Below the pieces are notes generated by a model. The model ran no database searches, was not told where the DNA came from, and saw nothing but the letters and a program-made list of their open reading frames with translations. Shown here piece by piece: positions 1 through 9,291 of a stretch of 30,498 nucleotides of DNA. The stretch's first letter is position 1. The number at the start of each line of letters is the position of its first letter. Source of the DNA: Dehalococcoidia bacterium (GTDB taxonomy: Bacteria; Chloroflexota; Dehalococcoidia; Lucifugimonadales; CAUZJF01). The position numbers and the translations under genes were made by a program. The stretch is from contig CAUZJF010000001.1 in assembly GCA_963579975.1 (NCBI GenBank), positions 1 through 30,498 of the forward strand. The letters run 5' to 3'.

Positions 1-418
1 AACGCACGGGCCTCTCTGACCCTCAGGGCGTGGATATACTGCCCGGGAGTCAGGCGCTGCCGGGCGTCGAGACTGCCATAGGAACCTACGGTCTCGCCGA
101 ACATCCTCGATATCTCGAGCAGGTACTCCGGGAAATCGGGAGCTAGATCGGTGGCTTCTAACATGCGCTGAGTGGCGTTGACCCCGTCTCCTTCCTCATC
201 CAAGCTAATTGTGTCGGCTGCCACCACGTCGGCTCTGGCGTAATTCACGGCCTTGATGGACGCGAAAGCGCCCAGCGCCACGATAGCGCCGAATACCGCT
301 ACTAGCGCCAGGGAAGCAACGATCGCCAGCCCGCGCCTGCAGAATCCCCAACGGGTCGTGATGGCGCAGGTCCCGTTTCGTCGCGCGTCTTAATCTTGCG
401 CGGCAGCGCCGCAGACAT
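1..418 (-). pseudogene. Fragment of a membrane protein (one TM helix followed by a helical, possibly TPR-like region); runs off the window edge, 5' end disrupted
   Basis: Manual translation of the minus strand gives GLAIVASLALVAVFGAIVALGAFASIKAVNYARADVVAA...LEATDLAPDFPEYLLEISRMF..., open to base 1. This frame has a stop at 390-392 and no in-frame ATG. An ATG at 418 joins it only through a frameshift near 330. Not in the supplied ORF track. Confidence 0.45.
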
Positions 419-1051
419 AGACGACGGCGGCGCGATGGTACTACATCAGCGGCTTCATCTACGCGCTTCGTGGTGACGCTAGCGAAGACTTCTGGCGCTA
501 CAACGTAGCGGCGGACTCTTGGAGTTCACTGGACAATACCCCTGAGGATGTCGCTTGGGGCGGAGCGCTGGCTTGGGATGGCTCGAACACGATCTACGCC
601 TTCCGTGGGGCCAACCAGGAAGACTTCTGGTTTTACAGCATCTCGGGGGACAACTGGAGCCTGCTTGAGGACGCGCCTGCCGACGTCAGAAGGGGGGGCA
701 TTGTCCCACGTCGATGGCTCCGTCTACGCGTTCCGGGGTGAAAACAGGGACGCCTTCTGGCGGCACAACGTCGGCAGCGACAGCTGGACGACCTTGACCG
801 ACACGCCTGAGTCGGTGGAGGAGGGCGGCTCGCTGGTTTGGACGGGCGGCGACTTTATCTACGCCCTGAGGGGCGTCCGAGCCGATGACTTCTGGCGCTA
901 CACCATCAGCACGGACAGCTGGGAGAACCTGGAGGACGCGCCTGAGAACGTCGACGACGGAGGAGCCCTAGTCCTCCTGAACGGCTTCTTCTATGCCCTT
1001 ATTGGCGACGACCGGAAAGACCTCTGGCGGTTCGGGCCCGTGGCGGGATAG
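411..1051 (+). pseudogene. Kelch-like beta-propeller repeat protein, C-terminal fragment with two frameshifts
   Basis: About 4.7 repeats of roughly 45 aa (GG-A-L...IYA(F/L)RG....FWRY.....W..L...P), read across three frames. Shifts at 441 (ATG GTA c TAC) and in the G7 run 692-698. The supplied ORF 548..1051 is in the correct frame only from about 698. Confidence 0.8.
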
Positions 1052-1089
1052 GGTCCGAGGCCATCACTCTCGCGGTGTTAAGCTCCGGC

Positions 1090-2892
1090 CTACCAGCCGA
1101 TCGCGTACGCCGCGCGCCTGGGGTCGGCTCCGGCGCTCATTACGCCGTTATCGGGGTCCCGTCGTGTAACGGTTGCTCCCATCCCGCAGACGCTCGCTCT
1201 GACGACGTTGTGGCCGAGCTCCCTGAGGGAGTCCTCGGTGTCTGTGCCGAAGCCCGACTCCATTGAGAGCTGGCCCGGGCGGTACTCGTGCGGATAGAAC
1301 GACCTGGGGACGCTGTCGCTCGCGAACCTGGGCGCCTCGATGGCCTCCTGTGGGTTCATTCCAAACACCAGCGTGTTGAGGGCGAGTTGAAGATTGGCCT
1401 GCGCCTGGTAGTCGCCCCCCGGACACCCGATGGTCATGACGGGCACGCCGTCCTTCAGCACGAAGTAGTTCACGAGGGTCGTGCGAGGACGTTTGCCCGG
1501 CTCCAGGACGTTGGGGTGGCCCTCCTCGAAGTTAAACATCTCGGATCGGGTGCTCAAGGCGAAGCCGAGCTCCGGGAAGAAGACCGATTTGGCGAAGGCG
1601 CCACCGCTGGGCGTCGCGCATACCATGTTGCCCAGATTGTCGAGGGCGGCCACGTGAGTCGTACCGTGCTCCTCCGGGCGGCCATCCTCGTCCCCGCCAC
1701 TTACCTGTAATGCCGAGTTCCCGAGCCGGGCCGGACCGCCGGAGTGCCGCAACGGATCGCCGGGCGCCGGCAGTTCCGGAACGGCGTGGCCCGCGTCGAT
1801 CAACTGCGCCCGCGCGGCCGCGTAATCCTTCGAGAGCAGCCCGTCGATGGGCACCTCGGCAAACTCCGGGTCCCCATAGTAGGCCTGCCGGTCGGCGAGA
1901 CATAGCTTCAGCGCCTCGACGACCGTGTGAACGTACGCCGGTGAGTTGTGCCCCATCGCCGCAAGGTCGAAGCTTTCGAGAATGTTGAGGGCCTGCAGAA
2001 GCACGGCCCCCTGCGTCCAGGTCGGCTGTCCGCATATCTCGTGTCCCGCAAACATGATTCGCAGCGGGTCTTCATATTTGGCGTGGTAACCGGAGAGGTC
2101 CGCGATTTCCATCACGCCGCCGACCCGTTGTGCCGAGCCGACGATACTGCTCGCGATGTCGCCACTGTGAAACGCATCGCGGGCGGCACGTAGGCCGGCG
2201 GCCCTGCCCGGGGAGGCGGCGCTTTCAGCCGCTACCATGTGCTCGAGCGTATTCGCCAGCCCAGGTTGGACCAGGAGCGAGCCCGGCTTCGGCACGGCGC
2301 CGTCGTCGTAGAAGACATCGAGGCCACCCGGCGGGTAGAGGGCGAACTGCTCTCGCGTAACGGTCGAATCCAGGGCCTTGAGCATATACTCGTAGTGTGG
2401 CATCCCCTGCCGGGCATATTCGATTGAGGGCTCGAGCACGTCGGCCAGCCTCTTGGTCCCGTAGCGCTCCAGCATCGATAACAGCGCTTCGACCACACCC
2501 GGCACTGTGAAGGAGAGGTGCGCCAACGGCCCTGGACCCGTCGGTATCTCGTCGAGTCCCTGGTCCTTGAAGAACTCGACCGTTGCCTTCCTGGGGGCCA
2601 CGCCCTGGCCGCTCAATGAAAGGAGGTCTCCGGACTCGGCATCGTACAACATAAAGACGGCTTCGGCGCCGAGAGAGTACGAGGCCACCGGCTCCACAAC
2701 GGCGGCCGCGAAGCACGAGGCCACGACGGCATCGAAGGCGTTGCCGCCGCTCAACAGCATCCGGAGCCCAGCCATCGAAGTCAGGTAGTGTCCACTCGAG
2801 ACCACGCCGCGATTGCTGTGCACGACGGGCCGGCTAGTTTTTGGGGGTGCGACCGCGTCAGTTACGGCCTCGGTCTCTTTCGATGTCCTCAT
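1090..2892 (-). CDS. ggt: Gamma-glutamyltransferase family (Ntn hydrolase), cytoplasmic, YwrD-like
   Basis: 600 aa. GNAFDAVVA, VPG motif, autoprocessing site EHG|TTH, PGKRPRTTL, GCPGG, AGADPRR at the C-terminus. No signal peptide. Confidence 0.92.
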   Translation of the reverse strand: MRTSKETEAVTDAVAPPKTSRPVVHSNRGVVSSGHYLTSMAGLRMLLSGGNAFDAVVASCFAAAVVEPVASYSLGAEAVFMLYDAESGDLLSLSGQGVAPRKATVEFFKDQGLDEIPTGPGPLAHLSFTVPGVVEALLSMLERYGTKRLADVLEPSIEYARQGMPHYEYMLKALDSTVTREQFALYPPGGLDVFYDDGAVPKPGSLLVQPGLANTLEHMVAAESAASPGRAAGLRAARDAFHSGDIASSIVGSAQRVGGVMEIADLSGYHAKYEDPLRIMFAGHEICGQPTWTQGAVLLQALNILESFDLAAMGHNSPAYVHTVVEALKLCLADRQAYYGDPEFAEVPIDGLLSKDYAAARAQLIDAGHAVPELPAPGDPLRHSGGPARLGNSALQVSGGDEDGRPEEHGTTHVAALDNLGNMVCATPSGGAFAKSVFFPELGFALSTRSEMFNFEEGHPNVLEPGKRPRTTLVNYFVLKDGVPVMTIGCPGGDYQAQANLQLALNTLVFGMNPQEAIEAPRFASDSVPRSFYPHEYRPGQLSMESGFGTDTEDSLRELGHNVVRASVCGMGATVTRRDPDNGVMSAGADPRRAAYAIGW

Positions 2893-3025
2893 GTGCTGCC
2901 TACCCTAGCTGTTCGAATGTGCCGCTATTCTACATGAGACTCAATGACCACGGCCGGGATGGCGTTTGCAGTTTCCAGCGAGGCGTAGCACCATCAACTA
3001 TGCGTTACTAAGAGTAGCCGCTTAG

Positions 3026-4280
3026 GTGGGACCGACGACGACGCAAGAAAACGGCCGGGATGGACGATACTTCGAACTTAGTCGCGTCTTCAGGCCACAC
3101 GCTCCGGACGACGAGGCACGGCTGTTCGCTGGCCGTACGCACCAACTAGCAGGCATCCTAGACGCAATCACCCAGGCTGGTAGACACGTGGTGCTTTTCG
3201 GGGAACGAGGAGTCGGCCAAACGTCTCTCGTCAAGGTGTTCCACGACTTTTTGGAACCTTCTCACACCAGACCAGAAACCGATCTTGGCACCTTCGTTCC
3301 GTTCATAACCTGCGACAGCTCGGATGACTATTCATCGCTATGGCACAAGCTGTTTCAACAGATCGAACTTGTCGAGAATCGCCCTCAGATGGGCTTTGTG
3401 TCAGCCGTCGATCCGTCAATTACCAACCTTTCGTCGCGACTCAAAGTGGACTGCGAGCCGGACGACGTCGTCCGGCTGCTACAGTTCCTGGCTGAGAGAG
3501 CTACGCTGGCCGTTTTTGTAATCGACGAATTCGACGGCCTACGCGAGCAGAATGTGTCCGGTCTCTTCGCCGACACTATCAAGATTCTCTCTGACTATGC
3601 GGTCCCAGTTACTCTCATATTGGTCGGAGTCGCTGACAACGTCAACGAGCTCATAGAGGAGCATGCCTGCATAGAACGCGCCTGTGTACAGATTCGGATG
3701 CCCCGCATGTCTCAGGACGAACTTGGTGAAATAATCTATCGCGGTCTCGAATCGGTGGAAATGGCGATTGCCCAAGACGCAATTGGGTACATTGTCTCAC
3801 TCTCCCAAGGGCTCCCTCATTACACGCATCTCCTCGGACTAGCGGCCGGACGAGCCGCGCTCACCGACGGCCGTAGAGGGCGTTCAAGAGAGCATTCTTA
3901 GCGCATACCACAACTCGACCATGAGTGCTAAGAAGACTCTGTACCCTCAAGTGCTCTTGGCGTGCGCTCTAGCCAATGCCGATGAAAGGGGGTTCTTCGC
4001 GGCTGGCGATGTTCGATCTCCTATGAGCACGATAATGGGGTGGCCGTCCTGCATCCCAGCGTTCTCCAAACACCTTCACGATCTGTCGCAGCCCGAGCGC
4101 GGGCCAGTGCTGCAAAGGATTGGAATCCCCAAACGATATCGTTTCCGGTTTATCAACCCGCTGATGCAGCCGTCTGTCATAATGTATGGGCTACACGGCA
4201 GGTTAATAACTGACGACCAGCTATTCCGAATCGGTGGCTCTTCGACTTCCCGCTCCTGGCAGCGCGCCAGACCGGACTAG
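3026..4280 (+). pseudogene. AAA+/P-loop ATPase with probable C-terminal winged-helix domain, disrupted
   Basis: FAGR..Q motif, Walker A GERGVGQTS (Lys replaced by Gln, CAA 3218-3220), Walker B VFVIDEFD, GLPHYTHLLG. The frame changes near 3870-3880 and continues as AVEGVQESILSAYHNSTMSAKKTLYPQVLLACALA... to the stop at 4280. Sampled lines are 47-62% GC, lower than neighbours. Confidence 0.75.
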
Positions 4281-4305
4281 CGCGTCAAGACAATGAGGTA
4301 ACAGC

Positions 4306-5019
4306 GTGGCAGACTACGAGATAACGCCTGAGATGATGGACCGCTACCGGAAGGTCGGGGTCGCGACGGTCTACAGCGCGGTGCTGCAGCTGGGCTACCG
4401 CCACTGCTACATGCAAGACGTCCAGGGCTTTTCGCCCGGGCGGAGGCTGGTCGGGCGGGCGAAGACGCTGCGCTACATCCCTACCCGACCCGATATCGTC
4501 GACGAGACGGTTAAGGGCGAGGACTCGCCCGAATACCAGGCGATGGGCTCCTGTGGCCCGGGCGACGTTCTCGTCGTCGAGGCCGCCGGACAGAAGTGGG
4601 CCGCCATCGGCGGCGACATCGTGCTAATGCACCTCAAAATGGTCGGAGCGGAGGGTGTTATCACCGATGGGGGAGTCCGCGACATACGGGACGTGCTCTC
4701 CCACGGCTTCGCTTTGTTCGCGGGCGGGGAGACGCCGTCCGCACGCCAGCCCTATCTGGTTTCCCACTCTCACAACATCGACATCTCTTGCGGCGGCATA
4801 TCGGTCCGGCCCGGCGACCTGATGGTGGCCGAAGACGAATCGATAGTGTGCGTCCCGCGACACCTCGTCCACGAGGTCATCGATTGGGTTGAAGAGCATG
4901 AGGCCGCCGAAGAGGTGATCCGGGCGAAGATCCTGGAGGAGCAGGTGCCGCCGGGAAAGCACTACAACCCGGAGAATTTCGAGAGGGTCAAGAAGGAGCT
5001 TCGAGCTAAACGCGGCTAG
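4306..5019 (+). CDS. RraA family / 4-hydroxy-4-methyl-2-oxoglutarate aldolase-like protein
   Basis: LVGRAKTLRY, GPGDVLVV, GGD, GVITDGGVRD, VRPGDLMVAEDESIVCVP. GTG start with a GAGGT SD. Confidence 0.88.
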   Translation: MADYEITPEMMDRYRKVGVATVYSAVLQLGYRHCYMQDVQGFSPGRRLVGRAKTLRYIPTRPDIVDETVKGEDSPEYQAMGSCGPGDVLVVEAAGQKWAAIGGDIVLMHLKMVGAEGVITDGGVRDIRDVLSHGFALFAGGETPSARQPYLVSHSHNIDISCGGISVRPGDLMVAEDESIVCVPRHLVHEVIDWVEEHEAAEEVIRAKILEEQVPPGKHYNPENFERVKKELRAKRG

Positions 5020-5264
5020 CGTTCCCTGGCGGTAGGCTCGGCTCCCATCTCGTCGCCTCGACTGAGGCGCTTCGCGACCGGCAGCGTCACGATTGAGACC
5101 ATCCTTCCCCCGTTCGTTCACTACTTAGGCCCCGGATCGACCACCATCACTTGGTAGACTGAACGCCAGACAGCGACTCCGCACGCCCAATACGAACAAC
5201 GGGATGGTGGCAGTTGGCGCTTCCACTCGTCGCTGCTGAACGGCGTGTCGCATTAGCTAGCGCA

Positions 5265-6573
5265 GTGAAATACAGCAAGCTCCTCAGCAACATACTGGCG
5301 ACCTACGGGTCCTTCCTGGTCAACCTGGTTGTGATCATGGGGACCTCGATCGTCGTCGCGAGGACGTTAGGTCCCGAGGGCAAGGGCCCGCTGGCCCTTC
5401 TCAATCCTCGTGCCCACCACGCTCATGGCCCTGGGCGACCTCGGTATTCCTCAATCGACCACCTACGTTCTCGCGGGCGGGCAACACACACTCGATCACA
5501 TAGTCTCGGCCGTCGTCGTTGCGGCGGTAGCCCTCGGCCTCCTACTTGTCGGCGTAGCCACGCTGCTCTACGACGTGCTGGGCGATTCGTTCCTCCCGGC
5601 CATGCTGGTGGTGCGATACGTTATCAGCGTACTTCGTGGCCTGGGCCGGCCGCAGGTGGCCAACATTCTGCTCATCTCCCAGGGTCTGGTCTACTTTTCG
5701 CTACTCGCCGTCCTATTCCTGACACGCGGGGCGACGATCGAACTGGCAGTCGTCGCCTACGTGTGCGGCCATTTCGTTGCAGCGATCCTCGGACTGTGGA
5801 TTCTCTGGGCGAAAGCGGGTTGGAGAGCTCGCTTGTCGTTGAACCGAGCCTCGTTACAAGCCCTGGTCTTCAATGGGGCGCAGGTCTCGCTGATTCTGAT
5901 TCTCGGCTTTCTGAACCGTAAAGTATCGTCCTTTCTGGTTAACAGCCAGCTGGGGACCAGCGACGTCGGCCTGTTTGTAGTCGCTGTTTCCACAGCCGAG
6001 CTAGTCTGGATATTCCCGGACGCGGTGGGCGCAATTCTGTTCCCGCTCATCTCATCTCAGAGCGATCAAGAGTCGAACGAGACGACACCGCAGATGACCC
6101 GTCTTACATTGATTGTTACAACGGCCATGGCCTTGTGTCTCTGGCTATTGAGCAGGTCCCTGATTCCAGTCGTATTCGGGGCCGCGTTCGCGGACGCCGT
6201 GCGGCCGCTGGAGATCCTTTTGCCGGGAATAGTGCTCCTCAGCGGTCACAAGGTGATCTGGAGGGACATGATGGGCCGGGGGCGGCCTCTCCTGAGCGCC
6301 TTCTCGCGCGCGATGACCCTGGTCATTCTCGTCTCCCTCATCTACTTCCTAGCCCCGCGCATGGGGCTTGCCGGAGTCGCCGTGGCGACGACCTCGTCGT
6401 ATGCGGCAGGTACGCTGGTGGTGGTCGTGGTCTTCACCCGTTACACAGGAGTCTCCTGGACGTCGTTGATCGTTCCCCAGATCAGCGACATCAAGCTGCT
6501 CGCACAGTCTGTTCAAGGGTTCGCCGGTGTCGCCCGGATGAGGCTCACGAGGCGGACGGCCCCCGCCAACTAA
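5265..6573 (+). pseudogene. Wzx-like oligosaccharide flippase (MOP superfamily) with one +1 frameshift
   Basis: ARTLGPEGKG, LG..DVGLFVVA..TAELVW..P, LIPVVFGAAFADAVRPLEILLPG, PRMGLAGVAVAT. The two supplied ORFs join by removing one A at 5403 (CTC a ATC CTC GTG CCC). GTG 5265 is the inferred start. Confidence 0.8.
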
Positions 6574-6653
6574 TAACCAACCCTGCTACAAACCCCCGTT
6601 GGTGTTGACCCTCTTGTCTCCCCGAATGCGAACCGGGCATTTACAAGAAATTC

Positions 6654-6808
6654 GAAGGGACCGTTCTTGTCCCTTCTCCATCGCGGGAGAAAGTTAGGAT
6701 GAGGGGGAACTCCCGTGATTTGAATTTGCGTCGCTTGACTGGCACAGAACATTTGTGCCCAGTTTCCAGGGACGGACCCGCGAGGCTGTCCCTTTTGATT
6801 TTGGGACA
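6654..6808. repeat. Cluster of REP-like palindromes (GGGAC...GTCCC family and others)
   Basis: gaagggac-7nt-gtcccttc (6654-6676); ttctcc-6-ggagaa (6674-6691); ggcaca-7-tgtgcc (6741-6759); agggac...gtccct (6768-6793); tgtccc-10-gggaca (6787-6808). Confidence 0.5.
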
Positions 6809-6985
6809 CTGGCAGTGGACGCTGCACAAGAGGGTGCAAACCATGCAACACTACGCGATGGAATCAAAGGCTGCGAACGGGCTCCGGCCGGCCTGGACAA
6901 CCGTCGAGGCGCCCCGGTGCGCCGGTCCCGTTCCAAGCTCTGTGATCTCAGTGGTGAACATTTTCTTCCGCGCAGCTTTCGCGCT

Positions 6986-7014
6986 TTGACTAACAGTAGC
7001 TGCGAGCCCATAAT
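6986..7014 (+). promoter_or_regulatory. Sigma70-type promoter for the purM-like gene
   Basis: TTGACT (6986-6991) - 17 bp - CATAAT (7009-7014), ending 37 bp before ATG 7052. Confidence 0.7.
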
Positions 7015-7051
7015 GGGCCTTGAGAACCACTCCGCCCTGAAAGCCAACGCG

Positions 7052-8152
7052 ATGGACTCCGCTACTACCCCGGCCAGTCTCTCCTATGCTGCTGCCGGCG
7101 TCGACAATCTGGCGAGCGACGCCGGGCTGGCGGCGCTTCTGCCGTGGGTCCGCAAGACTCACAGTTTTCGCCCGGGCACCGCGCTCGACATCGGGTATTT
7201 TGCCAATGTCGTCGACGTAGGTAACGGTGTCGGGATAGCCATCTCTACAGACACGACTGGAACCAAGGTCCTTGTGGCCCAGATGGTCGGGCAGTACGAG
7301 ACCGTCGGCATCGACTGTGTGGCCATCAACGTCAATGACATCGTGAGCGTCGGAGCGGAGCCCGTCGCTTTCGTTGACTGCATCAGCGTCGAGCGGGTAT
7401 CCGGTGAGGTGCTGGACCAAATAGGCAAGGGCTTGCACGCCGGCGCCGAGCTCGCCCATGTCCCGATCGTCGGCGGGGAGATAGCTCAGGTCGCCGAGAT
7501 CGTCAAAGGCCACCGGCCCGGACTCGGTTTCGACCTCGCCGGGACCTGCATCGGAACGGTGCCTACCGACCGAATTATCGCCGGTGACGCAATCGGCGAC
7601 GGCGACGTGCTGATCGGCCTGCGTAGCAGCGGCATCCACTGCAACGGACTGACCCTGGCGCGTCGAGCCCTCTTCGACGAGGCCGGGCACACCCCCGACA
7701 CGGTACTGCCGGAGCTAGGCCGGTCGCTGGGAGCGGAGCTGCTAGAACCGACGCGCATTTATGTGGACGAGGTCATGGCGCTGCTGCGCCATGGAGTCAG
7801 GGTAAAGGCGTTGGCCCACATTACCGGTAACGGGGGCCTCCTGAACGCCACGCGCACCAGGACCGCGGCCGGCTACGTCGTCGAGCGCCTTCCGGAGCCG
7901 CCGCCGATCTTCGGTGCCATTCAGCAGGCGGGTAACGTCGTCGACGAGGAAATGTTCCGCGTATACAACATGGGCGTAGGATTCACCGTAGTCGTCGACC
8001 CCGGGGACGTCGATAGAACGCTGAAAATCACCAGGAGCTACGGCGCCGAGGCCTACGTTCTTGGGTACGCCGTTCCCGACGCGCGGCGTCGCGTGAATCT
8101 CGAGCCGGTGGGGCTGGTCGGGGAAGCCGGACGGTTCCGCAGGGCGGCCTGA
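7052..8152 (+). CDS. purM: Phosphoribosylformylglycinamidine cyclo-ligase (AIR synthetase) family, divergent
   Basis: YAAAGVD, D..GTK, GIDCVAINVND, GAEP..F.D, GGE.A, SSGIHCNG..LAR, LLEPTRIY, AHITG.GG, YNMGVGF. Start moved to ATG 7052, downstream of the promoter; the ORF track extends it upstream. Confidence 0.85.
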   Translation: MDSATTPASLSYAAAGVDNLASDAGLAALLPWVRKTHSFRPGTALDIGYFANVVDVGNGVGIAISTDTTGTKVLVAQMVGQYETVGIDCVAINVNDIVSVGAEPVAFVDCISVERVSGEVLDQIGKGLHAGAELAHVPIVGGEIAQVAEIVKGHRPGLGFDLAGTCIGTVPTDRIIAGDAIGDGDVLIGLRSSGIHCNGLTLARRALFDEAGHTPDTVLPELGRSLGAELLEPTRIYVDEVMALLRHGVRVKALAHITGNGGLLNATRTRTAAGYVVERLPEPPPIFGAIQQAGNVVDEEMFRVYNMGVGFTVVVDPGDVDRTLKITRSYGAEAYVLGYAVPDARRRVNLEPVGLVGEAGRFRRAA

Positions 8153-8158
8153 GCTCCG

Positions 8159-8758
8159 ATGGGCGCAGCAAAGACGGGACCTCTGGCGGCTATCTGCACA
8201 GTCACCGCGCTTTTTCTTCTGTCCTGTGCCGGTTCAGAGCCTACCGCCGCAGTGACCAGTTCGTCTACCCTGCTTTTTGAGGAAGCGCGCGCTCTCGTTG
8301 TAAGTACGACCGACGCCGCTCCGCGTCCGATCGCCCGGGCCACCGGTGCGGTCGCCCGCGACTTCGAGCTCACGTCGTTCGACGGCGAAACGATCACGCT
8401 GGCCGACTATAACGGGAAGGTGGTCGTGCTCAACTTCTGGGCCTCCTGGTGCGTACCTTGCCGGTGGGAGATGCCTTTTTTCCAGGAGATGTCGGAGGAG
8501 TACCGGGACAGGGACGTAATCTTCGTCGGAGTTGCCGTTTCGGATGATGAGGTCGAGGCGAAAGAGTTCGCCGCCGGAATCGGGGTAACCTACGCGGTCG
8601 GGCTCGACGCCACCGGGCAGATAACCAGGGACTACCGGGTCACGAGCCTTCCGACGACCTTCATCATCGACCGCGAAGGGGACGAGACACGTAAGTTTGG
8701 GACGGCCAACGAGGCCGTGCTCCGACTGTTCCTCGAAGGCCAGCTAGGCGGCGCTTAG
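8159..8758 (+). CDS. TlpA/ResA-like thiol-disulfide oxidoreductase, probable lipoprotein
   Basis: LLSC lipobox-like signal, DFELTSFDG, GKVVVLNFWASWCVPCRWE (CXXC), LPTTFIIDREG. Confidence 0.88.
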   Translation: MGAAKTGPLAAICTVTALFLLSCAGSEPTAAVTSSSTLLFEEARALVVSTTDAAPRPIARATGAVARDFELTSFDGETITLADYNGKVVVLNFWASWCVPCRWEMPFFQEMSEEYRDRDVIFVGVAVSDDEVEAKEFAAGIGVTYAVGLDATGQITRDYRVTSLPTTFIIDREGDETRKFGTANEAVLRLFLEGQLGGA

Positions 8759-8837
8759 GTGCGACTTTATAGTCATGATACCGCCGTTTGCCAGGCACCC
8801 TGGACTCGCGATTGAATGAGCCTTCGGCATCTTTCGC

Positions 8838-9266
8838 ATGCTGTACATAACCCACGGTTCTCGCCTCCTGGTGGTTGAACACGTGAACTCGGAGGCGGGC
8901 GTGCAGCTCCCCGCCGGAACCGTGAAGGGTGGCGAAGCTCCTGAGGCGGCAGTAATGCGGGAGGCGCAGGAGGAGACCGGGTTGGACGGCCTCCATTTCG
9001 TATCTGCGCTCGGGGATTTCGAACACGACATGAGAGAATTCGGCGTCGAGGAGACCCAGCACGCCTGGTTCTACCATTTGCGATGCGGCGAGCCCCCGCC
9101 GGACAGGCGGCAGCACGACGAAACCCACGGTGGCACCGCCGCCCCCATCCGGTTCGAGCTGTACTGGGTACCGATACCTGACGGCGTGCCGGAGCTGATC
9201 GGGCTGCAAGGTACTATGCTCAGTCAGCTCTATCAGCGACTGGACGTCGCTGAACAACAGCACTAG
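8838..9266 (+). CDS. NUDIX hydrolase
   Basis: Nudix box GTVKGGEAPEAAVMREAQEETG. Start position uncertain. Confidence 0.85.
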   Translation: MLYITHGSRLLVVEHVNSEAGVQLPAGTVKGGEAPEAAVMREAQEETGLDGLHFVSALGDFEHDMREFGVEETQHAWFYHLRCGEPPPDRRQHDETHGGTAAPIRFELYWVPIPDGVPELIGLQGTMLSQLYQRLDVAEQQH

Positions 9267-9291
9267 CGGGTCGAATCCACTGGAGGCGAAA

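Noticed and set aside
411-1051. Periodic DNA similarity suggesting a CRISPR array or tandem repeat
   Set aside because: The roughly 135-bp periodicity is explained by degenerate Kelch protein repeats. There are no identical 25-40 bp repeats with spacers and no cas genes.
5121-5213. Possible minus-strand membrane-protein tail (ATIPLFVLGV / GVAVWRSVYQVMVVDPGPK*)
   Set aside because: It is under 30 codons, needs a frameshift and has no recognisable family, so it cannot be told from chance.
6727-6795. ZTP (pfl) riboswitch-like TGACTGGC upstream of purM
   Set aside because: ACTGGCACA pairs locally with TGTGCCCAGT instead of forming the pseudoknot. The GGGAGCG and CGCCTGG elements are absent, and the segment lies upstream of the purM promoter.
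6755-7051. 99-aa N-terminal extension of PurM in the ORF track
   Set aside because: It shows no family similarity, crosses palindromic DNA and spans the TTGACT-17-CATAAT promoter. PurM similarity starts just after ATG 7052.
6851-7690. Long antisense or alternate-frame ORFs (6851-7690, 8664-9683, 14472-15470, 21031-21825, 22855-23913, 29028-29768 and similar)
   Set aside because: They are shadows of well-supported genes in GC-rich DNA, Arg/Pro/Gly-rich or without motifs.
9268-9278. GGGTCGAATCC resembling a tRNA T-arm
   Set aside because: There is no acceptor, D or anticodon stem. It sits in a 25-bp gap between NUDIX and rph.
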